Shown in pieces: positions 54,538 to 64,000 of a DNA stretch of 64,000 nt. Position 1 is the stretch's first letter, and every line of letters begins with the position of its first letter. The stretch spans positions 435,552-499,551 of the forward strand of contig OW569366.1 in NCBI GenBank assembly GCA_937625935.1. Direction: 5' to 3'. A program made the position numbers and the translations under genes. The notes beneath the pieces were generated by a model. The model saw nothing but the letters and a program-made list of their open reading frames with translations, was not told where the DNA came from and did not search any database. Source of the DNA: Tetramitus jugosus (Eukaryota > Protista > Heterolobosea).

Positions 54538-55869
54538 ATGGCAAAAACTCCCAGGCCCATTGTTTGTATCTTCTCCTTTCTTTTTGTACTGCTCCTGTGT
54601 GGCTTTCTATTGGAAATTCAATTGTTTGACTTCTCTATTCTTTCCACACAACAAGGGTTATTGTTCTCTTCTGCTGTTCTACCTCCTAATGCACAAAAGG
54701 AGAGTGGCGATAGAATCATTGTTCGTTGTGGACCTTTGGACTCCTCTGTTGATCTCACACCACAGGTAACATTACTCAACAATCACTCCAATTCCCACAA
54801 AAGCAATGATGGTGATTTTGGGCATTACTTGGATAAACTCATCAATGATCCTCTAGTCATTTGTGATTCTGTTCGAGTAGACCTCAACGATTACACAGAA
54901 GAGCAAATCCGGGATCTTCTAAAAAAATTGCCCTACCTCGTGAACAAGAAGAGGAATCATGTTACTTTTGTGGCTCACAGAGCAGGTGCATCTCATGTCA
55001 ATAACAAGCTATTGAGACAACTGACGGACAATGGCAAAAAGTTTGGAAACGTTGTACTTTTGGAGCAAGAACCATCAGAATTAGAGATGCTTAGGTTAGG
55101 AGTGAATGATAATTATAACAAGACAGTAGAATTGGAGTTTGTGTTTTTTACGGCGGTGGTACTAGGCTATAATGTCCAACGATTGCACAATATGAAGTCG
55201 ATATTTAATGTGTATCTGACGCATCCCGGTCTTCATCAACTTCATTATATTTGGAATAATTTGAATCAGCCCATCAGTTTTCAACAGTTGACTCTGGGAG
55301 TGACGGATGAGAATTTGAAGAGCAAAGTCCAATTGAGACTTGCTTCCAAAAATTCGTTGAGCAATCGATTTCATCCTCGATTGGATATCGAAACCAATGC
55401 TATCTTTGTGTTTGATGATGATCATGTGATCAACCTGGATCATTTGTCCTCACTATTTAAAACATGGCAGCAGTATCCTGAAAGATTGGTTGGAATAGTT
55501 TCACGGTCTTTCGACGGACAAGATTACTCTTCCGAAATGAGTAAAAGCAACATCATCCTTCCCATAAAGTGTTTCTTTGATAGCAAGTACTTGGATGAAT
55601 ATTGGTCATGGAAGAGTTATGAGCTGCGACAATATGTGGACCATCAAGATGCTCACTGTGATGATATCGCCCTCAATTACATCATCTCTACCATAACAGG
55701 TGAGCCTCATATACTCATGGCAGGAATGGCTCCTACTCGTCTCAGGTCGGATGGTGCCCTATCCTCTCAGAAGAAACGACACATGTTGCGAACAGAATGC
55801 TCTGCATGGATATCGAACTTCTTTGGTGGAAAGATACTACCTGTTGTCGACGTAATCAACATAGTGTGA
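54538..55869 (+). CDS. Type II membrane GT64 (exostosin C-terminal/EXTL2-like) glycosyltransferase
   Basis: TM anchor; IWNN, KNSLSNRFHP..IETNAIFVFDDD (DxD), WQQYPERLVG, HCDDIALNY and RTEC..F. Confidence 0.88.
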   Translation: MAKTPRPIVCIFSFLFVLLLCGFLLEIQLFDFSILSTQQGLLFSSAVLPPNAQKESGDRIIVRCGPLDSSVDLTPQVTLLNNHSNSHKSNDGDFGHYLDKLINDPLVICDSVRVDLNDYTEEQIRDLLKKLPYLVNKKRNHVTFVAHRAGASHVNNKLLRQLTDNGKKFGNVVLLEQEPSELEMLRLGVNDNYNKTVELEFVFFTAVVLGYNVQRLHNMKSIFNVYLTHPGLHQLHYIWNNLNQPISFQQLTLGVTDENLKSKVQLRLASKNSLSNRFHPRLDIETNAIFVFDDDHVINLDHLSSLFKTWQQYPERLVGIVSRSFDGQDYSSEMSKSNIILPIKCFFDSKYLDEYWSWKSYELRQYVDHQDAHCDDIALNYIISTITGEPHILMAGMAPTRLRSDGALSSQKKRHMLRTECSAWISNFFGGKILPVVDVINIV

Positions 55870-55967
55870 GATTGCTAAAACGAATCATGTAAACTAAACA
55901 GTAGTTATTTATGAATAATTCTTCGTTTCTTTCATTGTTGACGCATCGCACCAAAGGTTCCTGTTTG

Positions 55968-56762
55968 TTATTCCTGATGAACAAAGGTACCGTACACCCA
56001 CCCCTTGCCATAGCCTCTAAAAACACTCTTACTCGCCTTGGTTTCAATGGTACGAATCATCCCAACATCACAAGCTTTCTGCCAAGCAGCATTCACTGCC
56101 CTAAAGTACTTGGTGTTGGGGTGAGGCAGATCCTTCTCTTCCAAGTAGTCATCTGCCAAGACGACATTCCTCGATGCAGCCATTTCCCTCATGTTTACCA
56201 GGTCTTTCCACGGATATTGACCAACGTGAGCTCCATCTACACTAATCAAATCACATTTCACGTGAGGATTGTGTTGAGCAAACTGTGGAACTGTCACTGT
56301 AGAATCACCCTTTGTCAAATGGAGTCTGCCAGGATACCTTGCTGAGATGTAGTTTAGTGAATAATTGGCAATATGGGGCTTTCCAAAATCATCAAAGCTA
56401 TAAACTCGAATCTTGGGGTTTGACTCGAGATAAATGATTGTGGAGTGCCCCGCGGCGAAACCAATCTCGCATACTGTTTCGATCCACGGTTGTTCGGCTA
56501 CTTGAGAATAATAAATTACTTGTTCCATGTTCTCATTGTTGAAAATATGGCCAAAGAGAGAATCTTGTTTAGGTAAGATTGCATTGAGAACAGACAACTC
56601 ACGTTTCACTCTTTCCAGGGTGTTCATGCCAGATTCATTTTCCACCGGGGTTGGCTTATTTCTGAAAGAGTTCGACCCGAACAAAAAAAACAGAAGAGAA
56701 ACAAAAAAGAGAGCCAGGAGAACGAACTTTGGATCTTTCACTTTCAGAGTTGGTTGGTTCAT
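55968..56762 (-). CDS. Type II membrane class I SAM methyltransferase (Methyltransf_24-like)
   Basis: TM anchor FVLLALFFVSLLFFLF; VCEIGFAAGHS, KGDSTVTVP, CDLISVDGAH and VVLADD. Start at MNQPT. Confidence 0.88.
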   Translation of the reverse strand: MNQPTLKVKDPKFVLLALFFVSLLFFLFGSNSFRNKPTPVENESGMNTLERVKRELSVLNAILPKQDSLFGHIFNNENMEQVIYYSQVAEQPWIETVCEIGFAAGHSTIIYLESNPKIRVYSFDDFGKPHIANYSLNYISARYPGRLHLTKGDSTVTVPQFAQHNPHVKCDLISVDGAHVGQYPWKDLVNMREMAASRNVVLADDYLEEKDLPHPNTKYFRAVNAAWQKACDVGMIRTIETKASKSVFRGYGKGWVYGTFVHQE

Positions 56763-56829
56763 GATGAACAGTGGTGGTTTTGTGGTTTTCAAAAAAGTGG
56801 ATGGTAGTTTAGTCAGCCAAAAAATGCTA

Positions 56830-57265
56830 AAATTAAAAGCGGAAATCTTAAAAGCAGGAAGGGAAACCTTATGCGCAGTAAACCTGAGAAGCAGTAACTT
56901 TACTGCCAGGAAAGCAGTAAAATAGTTAACGTATCTGCAATCAACAGATACGAAAGCTAAAAACAATATCAAGATCGTTTCAAATAAAATGAATAAACAA
57001 CAGCTTCTCTCCTACATATCCAACAATTTCAACCGTATACGCTTCATTACTCTTCAGTATGATGATGACGAATTAGAAAGAATTAGAGTACGACATTCCC
57101 CAACACAGCTCTCTGATATGCGTAGTAGAAGCAAGTAGTAGGTTTGCTTTATAAAATTTCTGCTTTTCATCTTTTATGACTGCCTTTTAGTCAGTAAAGT
57201 TACTGCTTTTCAAAATTCCTGCTTTTCCGTTTCCGTTACTGCCTTTCATCTCCCTGCAAATTAAA
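56830..57265. mobile_element. MITE-like element: imperfect inverted arms built from arrays of an AAAGCAGTAA motif
   Basis: The left arm contains AAGCAGTAACTTTACTG and the right arm its exact complement CAGTAAAGTTACTGCTT. Each arm has 5-6 degenerate (A)AAGCAG(T/G)AA copies in opposite orientation. Termini and TSD not resolved. Confidence 0.5.
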
Positions 57266-57750
57266 AGTGAGAAACACATGAAAATACGCTTTCATGACAC
57301 TATCCATATCAACCAACGACATTTGTCATCAATTCTGTCAAATTATTAATTCGACGATTAAATGGAAATAGATTGGAGCAGACAACATATCATTATCCAT
57401 AGACGATTGTTGTCATCAATCATCATGATAGCATCGTGTGATGGTGAATTGAATTCTGGTGAAAGTGACGATTTCACTTTTCTATCAGAGTGATGAGGCC
57501 CCCAGCTTAGGTTCATCCCAACTGGAGACATGTCAAATTGATGGTGATGTTAACGATCAATCGACCCTTGTATGATGCTATCAAGAAGAAGATTCAAGAG
57601 GGCAAAACTCTGCACACATGCGCCAATGGAGAAGCCATGCCAATTGTAACACCACAGCAGACGCAACAGATGCTGAATCGTCCTGCAGGATTCGATTGCT
57701 TGCAACGCCTCGCTCAAGACAAACTGCTGGCATCCATTACAAGGGTTCCT

Positions 57751-58560
57751 TTAACGCTGACAAAAACCGAGTGCTACTATTGCTCGATCATGGACTTGCT
57801 GTATGTAGTGCTTGTTTCCTTCTTGGCAATTAATGGCGCTGGTTTCTGTCGCCACGCCCAAACATCCAGCAGGGCAAGACACAATAGACGCATGCATTGA
57901 GCTCACCTTGCAGGCTATCAATACGCCTGCTGTGATGAAGCAGGTGTCTGAACAGGGTTTGGGTTTGCCCGCGCCAATCACATTTTTGAAGAGAGTGTAC
58001 ATGAGACCAGCCATCACTAAAGAGCCTTCCACAATTCCTGCCAAAAATTCCCGGATCAATGGCTCAGCATCTTCTCGCTCGAGTGATGGCCAATGCATGA
58101 TTCGATCCGCAAGCAACCTTGACGACTTCTTCCAACTCTGGAATATGAAGAGGCAACACGAGTTGGAAGAAGTCGTCAAGGTTGCTTGCGGATCGAATCA
58201 TGTTCCACAAAAAACGTGTGATAGGAAACGAGTTGAGCATAGTCGTTCCTCTCCCATACACTTGGCCATTTTCTGTCAGCATCACCAGAAAGTCGTCGCC
58301 ATAAGCAACTTCTACTACAGGAACTGGGAGGTGTAATGGTTCGGTGTTATGTTATCCAGTAACATGAACACTTCCTCGCTCAGCAAAACAACACCGCCAT
58401 GGCACATGCACGCTAGCGCTTTCACTTTGAGATCCTTCTTTTGTCTGAAGAAAGTACACAATGGGTGAAAGGGAAGCCTCATGATGGGATGGTTTGTGTC
58501 TTGTTCGTCCATTCGTGTTGGAGCCCACCCCATAGACGTGTCTGTCGCTGGCCATCATGA
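57751..58560 (-). pseudogene. RCC1-repeat gene remnant
   Basis: HVYGVGSNTNGR, MLTENGQVYGRG and EEVVKVACGSNHALAIT in shifting frames with stops. Confidence 0.7.
58096..58202. repeat. Perfect 43-bp inverted repeat with a 21-nt loop
   Basis: 58096-58138 CATGATTCGATCCGCAAGCAACCTTGACGACTTCTTCCAACTC is the exact reverse complement of 58160-58202. Confidence 0.95.
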
Positions 58561-59156
58561 TTGATTCTTTCTTGTTGCTTCAACTTCGCTTGATTGGTTC
58601 TCTCTTGTTCCTTCAACCTCTCTTGAATTGTTTGCAGTTCCTCTTGGATCTTTTCAAATTTGCGATTAGTTTGGTTCATAAAATCTTTGACAGACTGCTC
58701 CTTGTAAAATTTTGCCCTCTTCACCAACGGCATCTTGAAATCAGCAGTACTCCGCAAGGGTCTTTTCTGTGCCAACACAAACTGGCTCCTTCATTTCCCC
58801 GAAGTCCCTAAAATTTACTTCAGAAGTGATCTGAAAAGCTTCGATGAGTCCGGCTTCAGTGAGCATCTCTTGAGAATTAGATTTTTCTTCAGAGTTGTAC
58901 ATGGGAGTTGTTTCAAAAGGAGAAAGATTAAATTCAGATATTGTTTGGTTTGTTTTATCTTCGAAGTAAAGAGCAAAAAGATCTTCGCTTCAAAAGACCT
59001 TAAAATCGTAGATAGCGGTTTTTCTGATTGTAATTTATAAAATGGCGCGTATTCTGTCAGACTGATTCCAGAGTTGTCTCGAGGTCCCGAACCGACAGAA
59101 ACATGTTCAGCACAATTTGAGTGTTAGTTACATAACTCAGTCTAGGTAGATTTTCA

Positions 59157-61365
59157 TTGAGCGTGGTCACCGTGGATTCAGCTGATTACTTAAATGAGAT
59201 TTGGGTCGTTGGTAACAACACTATTGGTAGCTTGGGAGTGTTGAATAGTCCTGACAGCCTGCCACCAGCTTTTCTCTCCTGGACAAAGCTCTCTGATCAA
59301 AGGTTTCCCAACGGCGCCACCATTCAATCCCTCTACAGTAATCTCTTTGTTCTCACAAGTGACCAAAAGCTTCATGTTCAAGGAGATGTCTCAAGATTAC
59401 CTGATCCTCAAACCAACGTCCTCTCCCCTACTGTCATCAATGTATACTCGGATGAAAGCGAAGAGATGACGATTGAGAAGATAGCTGCTGGTTTCTCTGC
59501 CTCTGGAGCCATTGGAAAATTGTTCTTGTGGGGCGCTCAGAGATACCCAAACGCCTTCTTGACCAAGGGAGAGTCAAAGCTACACGTCTTTGCACCAAAG
59601 GAGTTCAACGGATTGAAGGCAGTCAACGTCACTAGTATTGCATTTGGTACCACTGATGGTACTGCTACTTCACACTCTGCTGTTGTCTGCTATCCGTTTA
59701 CTCCTACTACGTTCTTCGTGTCGTACAATGATAACTCTCAAGCTGGTTTATGGGGTAGCAATCAACAGTATCAATTGGGATATCAGTACTTAAACGGAAC
59801 ATATGCTCCAGTGTACGATATCGGTAGCATCTTGACCAGAAACAGAAAGATTCGTGAGTATGCAGTCAGTGGACGTCATACGTTTGCACTCGGTCAGGAA
59901 ACGACACCAAGGTGTATGAGATGTATGTGTGTGGAAATGGACGTGTGGGTCAATTGGGTGCTGCTCCAAGTCTCATTGAACGTAGTACCCTGCTCCAAAC
60001 ACAATCGGCAACGAAGATTGCCGTCGGAGATTGGCACAGTCTCTACGTTGACAGGAATAACACTGCATGGGATGCTGGTGACAACACAGATGGCAGAGCT
60101 GGTTTCGTTGTTGCACTTTACAGTTCACAGTGGATGCCAATTTCTCTTGGTGCTGTTTACAAGGTGTTCACGGGAACCAAGTGCTCATTCTTTCTGTTGC
60201 AAGACGGTACTCTGTGGGCTTCTGGAAGCAATGTTGATGGTCAACTTGGACTTGGTAACACAACTACAACTGTCAAGACTCCAACTCAAGTGACTGGTCT
60301 CACTGGATCAGTGCTCTACGTGTCTACTGCAACCGGAGGTGGTGCTCATACCTTTATTTTGATGACTGACGGAAGAGTATATGTCAGTGGAAGAAACGAT
60401 AAGGGTCAATTGGGTCTAGGTGACACTACTACTTGATACAGTTTTGTGGAACTCGCAATTCCTGATGAACATCCTGATTTGGATGTGGCTGCTGGTTTTG
60501 ATCTCATCCTAGTTGGTATGGATGGAACTGTGAAATGGCCACATGCTTCGGATCCAATGCATCAGATCCACGTGTATGCTCCTCTCATGGTTCTTGTCTT
60601 CAACCTGATACCTGTCAGTGTCCGTCATCATATTCTGGAAATGATTGTTCTGTACCAATTTGCTTTGGGAAATTAGCTATAGATTCTCTTGTGTGCTCAG
60701 GAAATGGTCAATGAATTGCTCCTGATACTTGTCAATGCAATCGTTCAGATAATACTACTTTTGACTGCAAGAAACTTCCTGTCGATGAGTGCGAAGGATG
60801 ATGAGCAGTGAAATTTTTGGAGCATGGAACTCTGAGTCTCTTCAGTTTTTCATTTCAATGACCAACAAGAGATTTCCACCTTCGATGAGGCACTTGATCA
60901 CTTATGAAGCATTTAATGCTTAAAATTTGTTCCAAAACTCCACTGTCTCTATTGGAGAGCCAATTTCAAAAAGTAACTGCACCAACGGCTACAGAGTTGT
61001 GATTCCATGAACTTCGTCTCGACTCAAGAGAGAACATCTCACTTCGTCTGATTCCAGTGGAGATCAAATCCTCAAAATCTGGGCGACGTATCTATGCACA
61101 ATTGAGCAGTCAGACATTCACAGTGTTCAACACTACTAGCAATCAGGCCCAAGAATTGATCAAGTTGTCTGTCCAATCTGTGTATCCAAGAGAAGGTGAT
61201 CAAGTTATTGTTATTGGCTCTGAGTTGAGTATCTTGATGAGTGGATCTACTCGTTCAGAAGTTTGGGTTCTGGAAGTTTGGGTTCTGATCAGAAGTACCA
61301 CCAAACAAGCAATCATTCAACTCTTGAAACAGTCCAGTCGAAGTCCGTACACCATATGGAGCTGA
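59157..61365 (+). pseudogene. Disrupted RCC1-repeat / EGF-like repeat gene
   Basis: RCC1 repeats (WGSNQQYQLG, CGNGRVGQLG, IAVGDWHSL, ASGSNVDGQLGLG, GRNDKGQLGLG) with a frameshift near 59912 and a stop at 60434. EGF-like remnants CSSHGSCLQPDTCQC and VCSGNGQ*IAPDTCQC. Confidence 0.75.
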
Positions 61366-61735
61366 TCCAAAAGCATAGGAATATCCCTCCAGAATTCTTT
61401 ATAGTCTTCTTGCCTTCCTTGCATCTTTTCAAACTCAAAAGTAGCTCCCTTAGCAATATGAATCAACGAGTACTTGGCTGACAAACGATGCTTCTCATAA
61501 TTCATTTTGGCGTTCCAATAATTGTTGATCATTGGGCTGAATTGAACAAGGACTAATTCCAATGCTGAACCAGTGTCACTCACTCTTTGTTGAATTTGGG
61601 GAGTTTCAGTGTCGACGACTATGGGTACATCAATGACTTGGTTCCATTGTTGGCACACCAAGGATAGAGTAACCAATTGTTTTTCAGTGGTCAGGAACTT
61701 GAAGATGTGAATGATCTCGGGTGGAATGAGGTTGT
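61317..61735 (-). pseudogene. F-box gene fragment
   Basis: LIPPEIIHIFKFLTTEKQLVTLSLVCQQWNQV; no ATG start. Confidence 0.55.
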
Positions 61736-61865
61736 TTGATTTTTGGGGTAAACCAAAAACAAAAATTTTGAGGAGAGCGCAAAATCACAAACCCTCCCAC
61801 AAGAAAAAAAAAATAATAAATCACAAAATCTGTTTCATTTTCCACAACTCCAACACTAATTTATT

Positions 61866-62620
61866 TCACATTGTATTTTCAACTTCACCGAGTTCCTCAC
61901 AATCGACCACAGTAAACTCACCAATAACTTCGAAGTCCTTTTGTCTCTCCAGAGCTATTTCATGATCTGACTCCATATAAGAAAGAATAACATCATTACC
62001 AACAATATCTTTGGCCTCAATCAACAACTCTTGATAATTTCTGCAAAATACCTTCCATTTTTTCCCGTGGTATTGTAAAAATAAGTATTTTCCTTCCTGT
62101 TCATTAACTGTAACATCCGAATCCTTCTTAATCAACTTACTACAAAGTTGAATCAGTGAAGCATATTCACGCATTACATTCATCATCTCTTTTTGACTAC
62201 TGGCATAATTAATATATGATTTAGCTTGCTCGGCAGCTATGTAATTGTTTTTCACAACAGACTCCTCATATCTTTTGTTTCTTTGTAACATATCATTTGA
62301 GTCGCAAACATTTTCAGCTAACTGAGACATGTCATTTGGCATGGACGTAGTACTATAAGACAAACAATTTTCATCTTCAAAGAGCATGACATAAGCCTCA
62401 TCTAAAGTAGACTCCTTTTCACAGTACACACGAATTTGGTCATGTGGCCACGGAATAATATCTCCCTCACCCTCAATACCAAGTGCGTCCTTAAGTGTCT
62501 TGAGATCTTGAACATGCTTAGGTAGTTTTGTATGCTCTTTTCCATGACCAAATATAGAGTTGAGCCAAACCGAATCAATTTCTGGTGGAAATAAAACATC
62601 TTTGATTCTTTGGTTCTCTG
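61866..62620 (-). pseudogene. 5'-truncated gene fragment with a PB1-like C-terminal domain
   Basis: The frame is open from the telomeric block near 62625 (KDVLFPPEIDSVW..) to 61866, with no ATG at the upstream end. C-terminus KVFCRNYQELLIEAK..VILSYMESDHEIALERQKDF resembles PB1. Confidence 0.5.
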
Positions 62621-63058
62621 GGTGGGGTTTGGGTTTGGGTCTGTCTTGTTGTTAAGGAAAACCCGAGAATTTTGCTGTATTTGGTATCAGAGCGTTGAAA
62701 TTTACAGTTTAGTGTAAAAAAAAAAATTGAGTTCGGTTGAGTTGTGGCTTACAGGTTGAGGGAGTAAAAAGAAGACATATAGGACAAGAGCTGCATGACT
62801 TTTGGAGTCTATGATCAGATCGGAGATATTGAGGTTCAACGAACAGGGAGGTTCACGGTCCAGGACCGTGAAATGATTTCCTGAATTTCATCTCAGGTCA
62901 TTTGTCAGTGGAGCTTTTTGGGATCCAGCAAAGAATTTCGACCAATGGGCGAAGTGATTGTAACGGATTAAGAAGGAATACAACGCACCAACATGAATAT
63001 GACAGAAGACTTGTGAAGGAGTTCAACCTGAAATACAATGACAGTCAATAGTTAGCTA

Positions 63059-64000
63059 TTTGGGTTTGGGTTTGGGTTTGGGTTTGGGTTTGGGTTTGGG
63101 TTTGGGTTTGGGTTTGGGTTTGGGTTTGGGTTTGGGTTTGGGTTTGGGTTTGGGTTTGGGTTTGGGTTTGGGTTTGGGTTTGGGTTTGGGTTTGGGTTTG
63201 GGTTTGGGTTTGGGTTTGGGTTTGGGTTTGGGTTTGGGTTTGGGTTTGGGTTTGGGTTTGGGTTTGGGTTTGGGTTTGGGTTTGGGTTTGGGTTTGGGTT
63301 TGGGTTTGGGTTTGGGTTTGGGTTTGGGTTTGGGTTTGGGTTTGGGTTTGGGTTTGGGTTTGGGTTTGGGTTTGGGTTTGGGTTTGGGTTTGGGTTTGGG
63401 TTTGGGTTTGGGTTTGGGTTTGGGTTTGGGTTTGGGTTTGGGTTTGGGTTTGGGTTTGGGTTTGGGTTTGGGTTTGGGTTTGGGTTTGGGTTTGGGTTTG
63501 GGTTTGGGTTTGGGTTTGGGTTTGGGTTTGGGTTTGGGTTTGGGTTTGGGTTTGGGTTTGGGTTTGGGTTTGGGTTTGGGTTTGGGTTTGGGTTTGGGTT
63601 TGGGTTTGGGTTTGGGTTTGGGTTTGGGTTTGGGTTTGGGTTTGGGTTTGGGTTTGGGTTTGGGTTTGGGTTTGGGTTTGGGTTTGGGTTTGGGTTTGGG
63701 TTTGGGTTTGGGTTTGGGTTTGGGTTTGGGTTTGGGTTTGGGTTTGGGTTTGGGTTTGGGTTTGGGTTTGGGTTTGGGTTTGGGTTTGGGTTTGGGTTTG
63801 GGTTTGGGTTTGGGTTTGGGTTTGGGTTTGGGTTTGGGTTTGGGTTTGGGTTTGGGTTTGGGTTTGGGTTTGGGTGTGGGTTTGGGTTTGGGTTTGGGTT
63901 TGGGTTTGGGTTTGGGTTTGGGTTTGGGTTTGGGTTTGGGTTTGGGTTTGGGTTTGGGTTTGGTGTTTGGGTTTGGGTTGGGTTTTGGGTTTGGGTTTGG
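63059..64000 (+). repeat. Telomere, (TTTGGG)n, G-rich strand running 5'-3' toward the end
   Basis: About 940 bp (about 157 units) of near-perfect TTTGGG to the end of the window, with a few variants near 63875 and after 63960. Confidence 0.98.

Noticed and set aside
47610-63058. Fanzor/TnpB, telomeric retrotransposon or telomerase RNA in the subtelomere
   Set aside because: No RuvC, reverse transcriptase or integrase motifs were recognised. The CCCAAACCC matches lack any supporting RNA-gene features.
63870-64000. Variant telomeric units (TGTGGG, TTGGG, TTTTGGG)
   Set aside because: Few and concentrated at the contig end; cannot be distinguished from consensus errors.

Overview
This window is the last 64 kb of a eukaryotic chromosome arm, ending in about 940 bp of (TTTGGG)n telomere. 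The organism is a gene-dense protist using the standard genetic code with few, short GT-AG introns. Its gene content (RCC1/EGF/REJ/RGS families, F-box fusions, cilium-associated CSTPP1, FAM221 and TSNAXIP1) suggests a Naegleria-like heterolobosean with a flagellate stage; this is an inference. Positions 1-47.6 kb hold mostly intact genes: L2HGDH, CSTPP1, an ENA-type P-ATPase, a nucleotide-sugar transporter, an RCC1 protein, a CBM52-like secreted protein, an AlkB dioxygenase, FAM221, an SH3-RhoGEF, a SET protein, taxilin, eIF3a, TSNAXIP1, URM1, a HAT1-like protein, a second P-ATPase, a methyltransferase and a PhyH dioxygenase. Two identical, solitary 5S rRNA genes share a conserved upstream element and have a prokaryote-length loop C. 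A decayed CACTA/CMC-type transposon relic with a DEDDh exonuclease lies at about 7.9-10.9 kb. Positions 47.6-63 kb form a subtelomeric patchwork of gene fragments, interstitial telomeric seeds, a perfect 43-bp hairpin and a MITE-like inverted-repeat element, with two clearly intact glyco-modifying genes embedded. The most interesting candidates are two F-box/small-GTPase fusions (one a Kelch-F-box-Rho with a Q61P-type switch II), a divergent Sld3/Treslin-like protein, a helical-repeat protein ending in a PHF5A-like Zn knot, a HAT1 plus pseudo-Nudix fusion, and the dispersed 5S genes. All homology calls are by-eye motif recognition; no searches were run.
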